64,000 nt of DNA from Bacteroidales bacterium (GCA_035403165.1 DAONEP010000005.1:13499-77498); one strand, 5' to 3'. Shown: positions 20,247 through 29,524, counted from the first letter of the stretch. Notes: generated by a model from the letters alone, not told the origin. Numbers and translations: made by a program.

Positions 20247-21422
20247 TTATTTGTAAAAAGTCATTAACCAGGTTTTCAGTTCATCGGGCTGAATATTCCG
20301 CGCTTTGACGAGGCCGTCGGCCCCGATCAGAATCGCTGCCGGGATGCCGGTGATGCCGCATGCCCTGGCAGCAGGCGAATCCAACCCTTTCATGTCGTTC
20401 ACATGAATCCATGTGGCCTTATCCAGGCGACAGGCTTTGAGCCAGGGTTCCTTCTGCGTATCCAACGCTATGGCATAAATCTCGAATCCTTTTTTCCGGA
20501 ACTCATTATAAATGGGTATGAGCCCGGCGTTCATCTTACGGCTTGGCGCATTCCACGAACCCCAGAAATATATAAGGTGCGGTTTGCCTGATAAAGACGT
20601 CAAACGGATGATGTTTCCCGAAGCATCCGGCAGGCCAAGGTCTGGCTCCGGGCTCCCGGGAAGCATGGCCTTATTCCGGAGACTCGTCCCGGAAACCTGC
20701 GCCCTGTATGCTTCCAGCGTCCTATGAAAAGAAGCGGCATGCTTGTTCCCCGGATAATTCGCCGATAACAGGCTGTCAATCCGGATAAAAAGGGGGAGGT
20801 CGGTGGCAGGGGTAACCACTTCATTAGGACCAAACCGGCGGTTGATAACCAGCAGGGAAACCAGGTTCCCGGCATTTGCCTCAAGGAAATTCCTTACCCG
20901 CTGTTGCTGTTCACCAAAGATGCCATAATAAGCCGAATCAAGCTGCTCCTTTATTTCTCCGAAATCAGCCTTCGGCCGGCTCGTTATGAAAATTTCCCCC
21001 AGCGAATCGGTCTTCGATTGGTTCCGGTTGGTGAACATCAGGAAATCATGATACAGGATGCTTCCTGCCGATCCGGAAACCGAATATTCATGCTGCAGGT
21101 TATTGCCGTCGCCCGACAGTTTGATCGTTTCTCCCGGCCCGGATGACAGGGTTATAAAGTTCCTGTCATCGAGTTTCAGCAGGTAAAAACCTGCATCGCC
21201 CGATTTTATCCTGAATCTGAATTCGCCGTCTTCCCCGGTAGCAGCAGAGTCAAGGATACAAAGGCTGTCGGGGAACAACTCATAAAGAACAATCCGTTTG
21301 CCCGGAACACCGGTAAACTGTCCCTGAATGACCATCGACTTGCGGCTCATATTGTTGCACGAAAAGCCCAACGCCATTATTGCAACAAGCACAACAGGCA
21401 GAAATTTTCGTAAGGCAGCCAT
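20247..21422 (-). CDS. TlpA/ResA-like thioredoxin-fold lipoprotein with a DUF4369-like N-domain, lacking the CxxC active site
   Basis: 391 aa. The thioredoxin-fold block LIYFWGSWNAPSRKMN aligns to the canonical FWASWCGPCR, with both Cys replaced by N and S. The signal/lipobox is LGFSC. Confidence 0.75.
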   Translation of the reverse strand: MAALRKFLPVVLVAIMALGFSCNNMSRKSMVIQGQFTGVPGKRIVLYELFPDSLCILDSAATGEDGEFRFRIKSGDAGFYLLKLDDRNFITLSSGPGETIKLSGDGNNLQHEYSVSGSAGSILYHDFLMFTNRNQSKTDSLGEIFITSRPKADFGEIKEQLDSAYYGIFGEQQQRVRNFLEANAGNLVSLLVINRRFGPNEVVTPATDLPLFIRIDSLLSANYPGNKHAASFHRTLEAYRAQVSGTSLRNKAMLPGSPEPDLGLPDASGNIIRLTSLSGKPHLIYFWGSWNAPSRKMNAGLIPIYNEFRKKGFEIYAIALDTQKEPWLKACRLDKATWIHVNDMKGLDSPAARACGITGIPAAILIGADGLVKARNIQPDELKTWLMTFYK

Positions 21423-21536
21423 AGATCAGATATGAGGAAAATTAACGATCACAAAGATCGTAAAATCATTGAAAGAGGCTATTCAATTATCTTAACGTTT
21501 ATAGGAACGCCATAGTATATTTTAATATGCAGGCAG

Positions 21537-21566
21537 AAAAAACCTGCCCCCTGAAAAGAGGGCAGG
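21537..21566 (-). terminator. Rho-independent terminator downstream of the interrupted lipoprotein gene
   Basis: The minus strand reads CCTGCCCT-CTTTTCAG-GGGGCAGG followed by TTTTTT. Confidence 0.6.
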
Positions 21567-21643
21567 CGCTTTTAGCCAGGAATTCACGAAAGTACAGGCA
21601 GCATCAGGTATCTCCATCCTGGCGTTTCATCATGGGAATCATC

Positions 21644-22456
21644 TCAATAATAATCCGGGTAAGTCACCTTTACATAGTTGTGATAAGCTTTGCCGACATT
21701 ACCGGATGATGTGAAGCCCAGGACAAGGTGCTTGCCCTGAAGCTGTTGGCTGCTGATCTTATCTCCGGGAGACCAGATCAGGACGTCGTCGATGTAAAAA
21801 CGAACGAAGTGATCCTGGGTGATCATGATTTTGATCTTATGCCAGGAATTGGTATAGCTGTCGGCAACCATAGCATATTCACCGGTTGTGGTAGCTTTTC
21901 CGGAACTGTTGTTATAGCCGGCCTGTATCCAGGCGTGGCCCCTGCATCTCTCGGGTACCCAGGTGGCCTGAGTCCCGGCATACATAATGCGGAAATACGT
22001 TCCGAGGGGGATATCCTACCAAAGTACCAACGGCTGATAATCTTTGAGGGTGATTCCCAGGCCCGGGCAAACGCAGTATCCGTTAGCATCGGTAATTTTA
22101 AGGTAAACTTCAGCTTCGATGACGACCGGGCCTCCGTTGCCGATGGGGACTTTTGAGATCCCATATCCTGCCGTTGGCGAAGTGGCATTGTTGTCGAACA
22201 ATCCCTGACGGCCGCATGCCTCGTCAACCCAAACGGGCGCCGGGCTGCCGACAAGATAAAAGGATTGAAGCAGACTTGCTTCCGTATTGAAATTGTTGCT
22301 CCAACTTATGCCTGGTAAAGGCTGTGAAGATTCGTTGAATGCTGATTCAGCCTTGTTTTGATTCACAGGAATCAGGTCATCCGTCTCTTTCTGACAACCG
22401 GAAAAAGCAATTATCCCTGTTGCCAGCATTAATAAAATTCTAATTGGCTTTTTCAT
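21644..22456 (-). pseudogene. Lipoprotein with a concanavalin/LamG-like jelly-roll, interrupted by a single in-frame TAG at 22016..22018
   Basis: Track ORFs 22016..22801 and 21644..21985 are in the same frame (offset 33 nt) and the 10 codons between them contain no other stop. The lipoprotein start MKKPIRILLMLATGIIAFSGC is at 22456. The predicted beta-sandwich spans the stop. Confidence 0.65.
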
Positions 22457-22954
22457 GGTCCTGAATTTAAATGGTTGTCTGTCTGTATTAACTAAGGCAC
22501 TTCTGCCGCTGCCTGTACCGGGGAATGAGCAATAGAGAATACCGGGAATGTTAGTTGATTTTCTGGAAAATTTGTATGAATTTACAACCTGTATAACGCA
22601 AAGCAAAAAAGATAAATAAAAGGATATATGGCGGCTGTAATAATATCTGCAAAAATCAGGGGATAGCCTGCATCCTGTTGCTAAAATCATTTCATGGCTG
22701 AACAAACCGGTCAGTGTTCCGAAGATATTACTGCCGGGCGTAAAAACTATCCTGATAAATGGCGAAAATTGCCGGTTATTCAGGGCTGCAGCGGCTATCA
22801 CCCTTAATAAAAACTACTTTTCGAATGCCGGAATTCCGCTTTTTGCATCCGGGGCAAAATTGTAGTAATTTTATTGTATGCTGGTATTATGATTACTTCC
22901 CCCGCTCCCCCTCAGGCTCTGATTTGCATCATCACAATTCAAGGAAAGGCAGAG

Positions 22955-23962
22955 ATGAACCAGGTGATTTCGACCCAGTTAATGTTTTTCGATGTATTGA
23001 AGAAGCGGCTTCCCGCAAATCTGTCGCTGGTCCATGAATTGTCTGAATTGTTGGGGATCAGCTACGACAGCGCATATCGTCGTCTGAGGGGTGAAAAGGA
23101 CTTATCTATCGAAGAATTGCGAAGACTATGCATCCACTACGACATTTCATTCGATTCCCTTATCAACATTGATCACCGGCATAAGGTATTTAACTCTATT
23201 GATTTACAGGGCGACAGTTTTAATTATTATACCAAGTTGTCTGCCATAGTTAAAGACGTTTCTAAAAAGGTACTTGACTGCCAGTATAAGGATGTGATTT
23301 TTTGTACCAAGGAAATATCACTGTTCCATTTTATTCCGTTCCCGGAATTGCTGGCATTCAAGCTGTTCTTCTGGAGCCGCATTCAATACCGTTTATCGGA
23401 GCGCCAGGACAGGCGTTTCTCAACAGCCGATGATTATAGCGGTCTGCTCGGTTTAAATCAGGAAATATACGCTTATTACCTCCATATTCCGAAATATGAA
23501 ATCTGGTGCAACGAAACGCTTCAGTGCACCCTGAGGCAAATTTCCTATTGCTGGGAATCGGGCTTTTTTGCCGATGTGAGGGATGCTATATATCTCTGCG
23601 AACTGCTGGAGCAGCTCTATAGCCATCTCAAAATCCAGGCAGAGGCCGGGTATAATTTCCCTTATGGAAGCGAGCACTCCGGAATTGATAATTCCTTCAG
23701 CGTTTACTACAACGATGTTTTCCTGGTCGACAGTACCATCCTCATCAATACCGATCACAGGATGACGGCCTATCTTACTTACAACGGGCTTAATTTACTG
23801 GCAACACAGGATGCGGAAATCTGCCTGCAGATAGAGCAATCGTTGCGGAACACCATGCAATCCGGCGTGCTCATCAGCGGTACTTCGGCAAAGGAACGTA
23901 ACCATCTGTTTAAGGGCCTCATTGATGACATCAGGGCTTTAAAAGAATCCCTCCGGGGCTGA
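22955..23962 (+). CDS. Helix-turn-helix transcriptional regulator-like protein
   Basis: The N-terminal HTH reads LVHELSELLGISYDSAYRRLRGEKDLSIEEL. The C-terminal ~250 aa have no recognisable domain. I chose the ATG at 22955. Confidence 0.55.
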   Translation: MNQVISTQLMFFDVLKKRLPANLSLVHELSELLGISYDSAYRRLRGEKDLSIEELRRLCIHYDISFDSLINIDHRHKVFNSIDLQGDSFNYYTKLSAIVKDVSKKVLDCQYKDVIFCTKEISLFHFIPFPELLAFKLFFWSRIQYRLSERQDRRFSTADDYSGLLGLNQEIYAYYLHIPKYEIWCNETLQCTLRQISYCWESGFFADVRDAIYLCELLEQLYSHLKIQAEAGYNFPYGSEHSGIDNSFSVYYNDVFLVDSTILINTDHRMTAYLTYNGLNLLATQDAEICLQIEQSLRNTMQSGVLISGTSAKERNHLFKGLIDDIRALKESLRG

Positions 23963-24278
23963 TGGGAATGAACCCGTAAACCTGACAAATGCAGGAACGA
24001 ACTTTTCCTCCCAACTTACAAATGCTATAAAAATGCGGGAGAGGCCCTGTGGGGCAGGAGTAATTTATGCTACAATTCATAAACCTGTTCCGCCGGTCGC
24101 TAATGATTCATTATCTTTGTTATGGGTAATGCCGGTTGAAACGCCATAACCTGCGGTCTTAAACCTGGCAGGCCGGTAGTCGCGCGGCGCCGGCTCCGGC
24201 GGTTTTTGCACCGGAGTATTTTCCGGTATTTATAACTTGTTTTATAGACCCAGGTTGGTATTTATAAATCATCCCGAA

Positions 24279-24794
24279 ATGAAAAAACTTGTCATCTGCT
24301 TTTCGTTAGCCCTGGTTTTCATCGGATTGCCATCTTCAGCCCAGATAACCCTGCTTCTCGAAAAGCCGGGCACGGTTACCTATTACATGTATCAGAAGCA
24401 CGATTTCATTTCCATCCGGTATAAGACAAAACCCGAGGGCTTTTTTGATGCGGGTGTGATTACGGAAATTACGGATTCCACAGTACAGATCAACGGGAAT
24501 AACCGTTACAGGTTTAGTGATATTACGGCGGTTTTTCGCGGACGGCCCCTTGTGCGGATTTTCTCCAATGTGGCCATAATTTGCGGCGCCGGTTTCCTGG
24601 GACTTACACTGGTTAACGGGGTAATCGGTTCGGGAGGGCCGGCCCTGGGGCCGGACGTCGTTTCTGCCGCCGGGTCTGTGATTTTTGCCGGCTTGGTGGC
24701 GTCAGCATTTAAAAACCGGAGGTTCATCCTGGGCGAAAACTGGCGGCTGCGGACCGTTGACCTGAGCATCCTGAAACCTGACGGGCAACAATAA
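24279..24794 (+). CDS. Membrane protein of unknown function
   Basis: It has a signal peptide (MKKLVICFSLALVFIGLPSSAQ) and two Gly-rich C-terminal TM helices. Confidence 0.45.
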   Translation: MKKLVICFSLALVFIGLPSSAQITLLLEKPGTVTYYMYQKHDFISIRYKTKPEGFFDAGVITEITDSTVQINGNNRYRFSDITAVFRGRPLVRIFSNVAIICGAGFLGLTLVNGVIGSGGPALGPDVVSAAGSVIFAGLVASAFKNRRFILGENWRLRTVDLSILKPDGQQ

Positions 24795-24952
24795 CCGCCC
24801 AGGCATGCGACATTGCATAAAGTTACTGCCGGAAAGGGATCCTCATTGCATCCTTTCTCCCATTAATAATGGGTATTGCTTCAATTGCAGGGGACAGCCT
24901 GCCCGCCTCCGGATGCCGGCCTTTCAGCGGATGGCGGAAATAGCCGGTTACA

Positions 24953-25552
24953 TCAGGGTTCCGTATAGCGGATGGTATAAGCATAATCCCGGATCACCAG
25001 GGCATGCGGAGGCTCCTTGGAATGAAACAGGCTGATCCAGCAATAGGAAGTATCGGTTCCCGTGATCAGTTTTACGCCGGCAAAAGCGTGCCGGATAGTA
25101 TCCCACTGGCCTGTAGACCAATGATGCCCGGGATCCCAGCCTTCATAGAACATGAACGCACTACCCTCATGCCAGTAACTGTTCCTGCCGATGGTATCAC
25201 CGGCATTCAGGGGCCGCAGGTAGTAGTCGAGCTGGGGGGTGCGTACAATCTGATTAGGGTAAACCGGCCGCAGGCTGGCGGAATAGTAGCCGGATACGGA
25301 ATCGGGATAATCGGTCATGCTGAAAACAAGGTCATCGTTGCCGTCACGGTTCAGGTCATAGAATACCTCTTGCGATGCCAGCCCGGCAAAGTAAAAGGAA
25401 TCGTCGGGCTGAGGGTTTGTATAAACGATTCCGTTGCCGCTCGTCTGACCGGCAACGATACTTTCAGGAATCCGGACTTTTTCTTCGGGTTCTTCGGTGC
25501 AGGATGCCCAGAAGAGCAGTATAACCGGCAGCATAACAAGACGGAAATGCAT
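24953..25552 (-). CDS. Lipoprotein of unknown function
   Basis: 199 aa with a signal/lipobox LLFWASC. No domain recognised. Confidence 0.45.
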   Translation of the reverse strand: MHFRLVMLPVILLFWASCTEEPEEKVRIPESIVAGQTSGNGIVYTNPQPDDSFYFAGLASQEVFYDLNRDGNDDLVFSMTDYPDSVSGYYSASLRPVYPNQIVRTPQLDYYLRPLNAGDTIGRNSYWHEGSAFMFYEGWDPGHHWSTGQWDTIRHAFAGVKLITGTDTSYCWISLFHSKEPPHALVIRDYAYTIRYTEP

Positions 25553-25673
25553 AGGCGGCAGGATTTGAGGGTAAGAACAAAGTTAACCAAAGCATAAAAT
25601 TATACCAGCCTGACTTAAAAAACAACCGGTATAGCTGATAAAATGCGCCCCGCCTGGAGAAATGCAACCTGCC

Positions 25674-25746
25674 CGCCGGAGGCAGGCCCAGCCGGGAGTG
25701 ATCGACGGGATCCCTTTCCGGGACAGAATTTGATAATGGTTCAAAA
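25674..25746. repeat. Junction repeat, copy 1
   Basis: It shares GGCAGGC(C/T)CAGCCGGGAGTGATCG...GATCCCT...TGAT(A)ATGGTTCAAAA with copy 3, and the core CAGCCGGGAGTGATCGAC with copy 2. Confidence 0.8.
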
Positions 25747-25748
25747 TT

Positions 25749-26084
25749 CTATTTATCTGGGAATGAATATCTGCTGTAAATCACAACACCGACCCTGTCA
25801 ATATGCTCAACAAGCGCTTTTTCTTTAATATCATTGTAAATCAGAATATCAAACTTGTAGGGAAAATCAAATTCGTCCAGTTTTATTGATAAATCCAGAA
25901 CGTCGTTCAGCAATAAATCTCTTCCGCTTATTGAAATGTCAATATCAGAGCCGGTAGAGTAATTTCCTATTGCTCTCGACCCAAATAAAACTACTTTATC
26001 AATTTTAGCATTTTCTTTAAAGACGGATATTATATTTTCTAATTCAATCTCATTTAGACCGTATTTATCTGTGACCGTCATCAT
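25749..26084 (-). CDS. Minimal nucleotidyltransferase (MNT), antitoxin-type partner of the HEPN protein
   Basis: 111 aa with the GS...DxD signature LFGSRAIGNYSTGSDIDISI. Its ATG overlaps the HEPN stop (ATGA at 26081..26084). Confidence 0.85.
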   Translation of the reverse strand: MMTVTDKYGLNEIELENIISVFKENAKIDKVVLFGSRAIGNYSTGSDIDISISGRDLLLNDVLDLSIKLDEFDFPYKFDILIYNDIKEKALVEHIDRVGVVIYSRYSFPDK

Positions 26085-26395
26085 TGTATTTTTTTTAATT
26101 CGTCTTCAAGCGCTCCTTTCAGATCCTTTAATAAAAGAAAATACTCATATCTGATATTCCTGATTATTTCTTCAGCGGTTTCTTCATCATAAGTGTGGCT
26201 TGTCAGATTACGGCTTTTGTGCATTCTCATCCAGCCATTTCCATCAGTAATATAACCGTCCTGAAAACTTTGTTCAATAACAGGTTTCGGCCCGATGATA
26301 CCATAATAACCTTTTTCTTTCAGTAAATCCTGAAGCGTTTCCCAGCCTAACTCAAATGTATACTCAAAGGCTTTAATGAGGCCCAGTTTTTCCAA
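26081..26395 (-). CDS. HEPN-domain protein, HI0074-type 'nucleotidyltransferase substrate-binding protein'; 5' end uncertain
   Basis: It has the Rx4H motif RNLTSHTY and the family block FEYTFELGWETL. The listed start is a TTG. Conserved family residues (DIRWTQRF...) are encoded in-frame upstream with no ATG, GTG or TTG. Confidence 0.8.
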   Translation of the reverse strand: MEKLGLIKAFEYTFELGWETLQDLLKEKGYYGIIGPKPVIEQSFQDGYITDGNGWMRMHKSRNLTSHTYDEETAEEIIRNIRYEYFLLLKDLKGALEDELKKIQ

Positions 26396-26530
26396 CTCGT
26401 TAAACTTATCAACATCAACAAAGCGTTCGAGTTGGCTAAAAGCTTTTATATAATTAATGAAACGCTGTGTCCATCGTATATCCGGATGCTCCTTTTTACA
26501 TCTTTTAACAAGGATAAGATTTGTTTTGTC

Positions 26531-26590
26531 GGACTGGCTCAGCCGGGAGTGATCGACGATTTTTTGATGAACGGGGAAGGGCTTGCAGAT
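26531..26590. repeat. Junction repeat, copy 2
   Basis: GGCTCAGCCGGGAGTGATCGAC followed by ..GATGAACGGGGAAGGGCTTGC, which parallels ATGAACGGGGTAGGGATTGC in copy 3. Confidence 0.75.
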
Positions 26591-26687
26591 CGGTCATGCC
26601 AACTGCCGGATGTCAAGCCGAAAAACGGCCTGAGCCGAAAGATGCCCACCGAAAACCACTGCCGCCGCCATTGACGGGTAGCTGATA

Positions 26688-28292
26688 TTACAGGGCGTTT
26701 TCAATTTCTTTGATCGCACGTTCCAGCGCTGCATCTCTATTCTTCATGTAATCGTCGATCGTTTCTTTCACTTCAATATCCGGCTTAACGCCGCTATTTA
26801 CAAATCTTTTTTCACTGATCGGGTAGCAGATGCGTCTTGTACAAATTCTGGCATATCCTCCCCCCGGTAATCCCTGTACCACCAAAGGGGAACCGGTTGA
26901 GCCGCCGGTTTCTTCACCAATCAGTATTGGCCTCTCCGGTGTTTCATATATGTTAACCAGGAAATCTTCGGCCGCAGAAAAAGTAAACCGTCCGATTAAT
27001 ATAACCGTCGGACAAGTGATCCTTTTTAGTGTATCTGATACAAATACAGAATCAGGCCTCTCGAAACGATATGCACGATTTAAAAAGTAATCTTTATATT
27101 GTTCCTGCCAGTTCCCGTTTGCTTTTCTTACTCCGTCATTTATTCTTGTCTCCGAGGCAAAGTTGAGAAAATAATTCCCCTTTGTCAGGTATTTTTGCAA
27201 ATGCCAGGCTACATTGGTGGTTCCGCCGCCGTTTTTACGAAGGTCAATTATTACCCCTTTTGCTTTTGATAACTTGTCAACTACATTGTCAAATTCTTTG
27301 ATCGCTTCCTCTTCCGGCCAAAATCGATTGAAACTTACCAATGCAATATCCTTATCCAGCCATTTCAGATCAACAATATCTTGCGGGTAATTTATTGCCG
27401 GCCCCCAAGATTGATCATGATCGGTGCGGGTAGCCTCGCCGTTGTGCTGAAGCTCAATATTAACAATACCGCCATCGGTTTTTCTGATTTTCCCTTTGAA
27501 CGGCTGATCTTTGAAGCCATTCGGCAGCTTAACCATTCCCTGCATCCATAAATGTTGTTCGGTAGAAGCGGATATGTATGGAAATATATTTGTTTCGAGA
27601 TACTCTAATGTAGGAATATTCTCAATTTCAATGACCTCGGCGCCAACCCAGGTTGAATCAAGTTCGGGTATTTTACGCACAGAGGTTATATAGACTTTGT
27701 TATTAAAGTTTTGCAAAGAGACCGGGATATAATCGGTATAAGGACGAAATTGTCCATTATCGGATACCTCGCTGTGACCATCGTGTAAATTTGCCATGAA
27801 CTTTTTCAATACCTGATAGTATTCATAGTCGTTTTTGGTTGCCAGCGCCAGAGGGATAAAAGTCCTGTAAAGGCTATCCGGATCAGGTTTAAGCCGGTCA
27901 ATGTTTACAAAATTGTACTTCGTTTCTGACCAGATCTGGCTCAGCCAGTACAACTTTTCATCGGCGGGAATTTTGTCCGGCAAATCCTTGATTCCGACAA
28001 TCTCAGTATGCGCAGTGTCCTGATGGTTAAGAATGATATTGAATTTTATGGTGTCGTTTTTGGAAACATAAAATAAAGCGGTGTCAATATTGGTTTGAAA
28101 TATCACCGTATTCTTCTCATGGGAACAATAAACTTTCAGCCTGTCCGGATTATCTTCCGGTGAAATACGCCACTCCTGCACGGCGCCGTTAACACTAAAT
28201 TTTATCTTTTTCTTATCCGATCGAATGTTCTTTTGTCCGTAAACAACAGAAAACGAACAAATTATAAATAAAAGTAAAAAGGTTCTTTTCAT
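26688..28292 (-). CDS. S41-family serine peptidase (tail-specific-protease-like), secreted
   Basis: Blocks VIIDLRKNGGG and GRFTFSAAEDF (Ser nucleophile region) are present, plus IGEETGGSTGSP. The signal peptide MKRTFLLLFIICSFSVVYGQ starts at 28292. The track start at 28427 reads through the junction repeat. Confidence 0.8.
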   Translation of the reverse strand: MKRTFLLLFIICSFSVVYGQKNIRSDKKKIKFSVNGAVQEWRISPEDNPDRLKVYCSHEKNTVIFQTNIDTALFYVSKNDTIKFNIILNHQDTAHTEIVGIKDLPDKIPADEKLYWLSQIWSETKYNFVNIDRLKPDPDSLYRTFIPLALATKNDYEYYQVLKKFMANLHDGHSEVSDNGQFRPYTDYIPVSLQNFNNKVYITSVRKIPELDSTWVGAEVIEIENIPTLEYLETNIFPYISASTEQHLWMQGMVKLPNGFKDQPFKGKIRKTDGGIVNIELQHNGEATRTDHDQSWGPAINYPQDIVDLKWLDKDIALVSFNRFWPEEEAIKEFDNVVDKLSKAKGVIIDLRKNGGGTTNVAWHLQKYLTKGNYFLNFASETRINDGVRKANGNWQEQYKDYFLNRAYRFERPDSVFVSDTLKRITCPTVILIGRFTFSAAEDFLVNIYETPERPILIGEETGGSTGSPLVVQGLPGGGYARICTRRICYPISEKRFVNSGVKPDIEVKETIDDYMKNRDAALERAIKEIENAL

Positions 28293-28331
28293 AAGCTGGT
28301 TATATCTCGCCGGGATGAAAGTAACCGACTG

Positions 28332-28403
28332 GCCGGCGGCAGGCTCAGCCGGGAGTGATCGGATCCCTATGAACGGGGTAGGGATTGCTGATGGTTCAAA
28401 AAA
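28332..28403. repeat. Junction repeat, copy 3
   Basis: GGCCGGCGGCAGGCTCAGCCGGGAGTGATCGGATCCCTATGAACGGGGTAGGGATTGCTGATGGTTCAAAAA. It contains an internal hairpin ATCCCTA-N9-TAGGGAT. Confidence 0.8.
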
Positions 28404-28431
28404 CTGTTTTTTATGCGATCGCCTCATTTGT

Positions 28432-29343
28432 TTATAAATTCTTTAAAAAGTCATCTTCTGATATTATTTCAAGAGTCGAACCTTTTTCAATAAGTTTAAC
28501 TGCCTTTTCCTGTTTATTACTCATACCATCTTCGCCAACGACTCTGTAATCTTGCTGCCCAACTACTAAAAAATCCGTATCTTTTGTAACACTATTTCCA
28601 TTTATGCCACCAATGTCTGCTATTATTTGCTGAGCTTCGGTTCTTATCATTGAAGATAAAGTTCCTGTAAAAACGACTGTTCTGCCATAAAAGATACTGC
28701 CTGCATTGTGTTTTGCTGGGTCGCCAACTATTTTCGATAAATCTTTTGCCTTATTTATTCTCTTTGTCTCAGATGGACTGTATCCACCGTGATAGAGCTG
28801 TCCAATTGTGGTTTTTAATTTCTCAGGGAAATCATCTAGTGAAATAACACCCGCAATTTCAAAAGCCTTTAATGCTAATTCTGCAGTTGCTCTGCTGTCA
28901 GCGCCAGCTCTGTGGTGTACCAGAGGGATGTCGTTTACTCTACATAAAGTCTTTAAGTCATATGCAGGAAGTCCTTCCCAAACTTTTTTTGAGAAAATAT
29001 AGCTACAACAATAGTGTAATGATGGGAAAGGAAGTTTGTAAAGTTCAAGAGTTCTGCGTAAAACGCTTATATCAAAACCGGCATTGTGCGCAATGAGGAA
29101 CTGATTTTCAATTAGTGGTCTTAGTTCAGTCCATATGATATTGAACTCAGGCTTGTCTGCTGTATCTTTTGGAGTAATGCCGTGAATAAAAATATTGAAT
29201 CCATCATATTCATTATTAATCGGTTTAATCAACCAAGTTTTCGTCTCAACAATCTGACTATTTTTAATGAAAGTCAATCCAATCTCACAAGGACTGTGTC
29301 TCTGCGAAGTAGCTGTTTCAAAATCTAATGTTATAAAATCCAT
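28432..29343 (-). CDS. DnaQ-like DEDDh 3'-5' exonuclease fused to a C-terminal BRCT domain
   Basis: Exo I is LDFETA, Exo II is AHNAGFD, Exo III is HHRAGADSRATAEL. The BRCT block is GRTVVFTGTLSSMIRTEAQQIIADIGGINGNSVTKDTDFLVVG. The ATG at 29343 is preferred over the TTG at 29370. Confidence 0.85.
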   Translation of the reverse strand: MDFITLDFETATSQRHSPCEIGLTFIKNSQIVETKTWLIKPINNEYDGFNIFIHGITPKDTADKPEFNIIWTELRPLIENQFLIAHNAGFDISVLRRTLELYKLPFPSLHYCCSYIFSKKVWEGLPAYDLKTLCRVNDIPLVHHRAGADSRATAELALKAFEIAGVISLDDFPEKLKTTIGQLYHGGYSPSETKRINKAKDLSKIVGDPAKHNAGSIFYGRTVVFTGTLSSMIRTEAQQIIADIGGINGNSVTKDTDFLVVGQQDYRVVGEDGMSNKQEKAVKLIEKGSTLEIISEDDFLKNL

Positions 29344-29524
29344 TTCATTTTGGTTTATTTTGGCATTCAAGCCTTTTTAAGCGGCTGCATAACGTTGGTT
29401 GTATTGAAAGTTACAATTTGCGTAGCGATTTTCTAGCAAGATAAATTGAACATAATGCGGGTTAACGCACTTGAATTACAATCTGTTACGGTAAATTTTT
29501 ATACCATATGTGAACAGAAGCTTT

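Noticed and set aside
22016-22018. TAG reassignment (for example pyrrolysine or another recoding) as the explanation for the in-frame stop.
   Set aside because: TAG terminates several well-defined genes in the window at the positions expected from homology (for example 1190..1192 and 17115..17117). No pyl-type genes were seen.
25731-25746. GGTTCAAAA within the junction repeats resembles a tRNA T-arm (GGTTCRAnnCC), hinting at a tRNA-derived att site.
   Set aside because: There is no matching acceptor stem or CCA-proximal sequence, no cloverleaf can be drawn, and the motif lacks the conserved downstream CC.
26432-26674. An 80-aa + strand ORF between the TA pair and the S41 gene.
   Set aside because: It lies antisense to the conserved but start-less N-terminal coding region of the HEPN gene and runs through junction repeat copy 2. 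It has no recognisable features.
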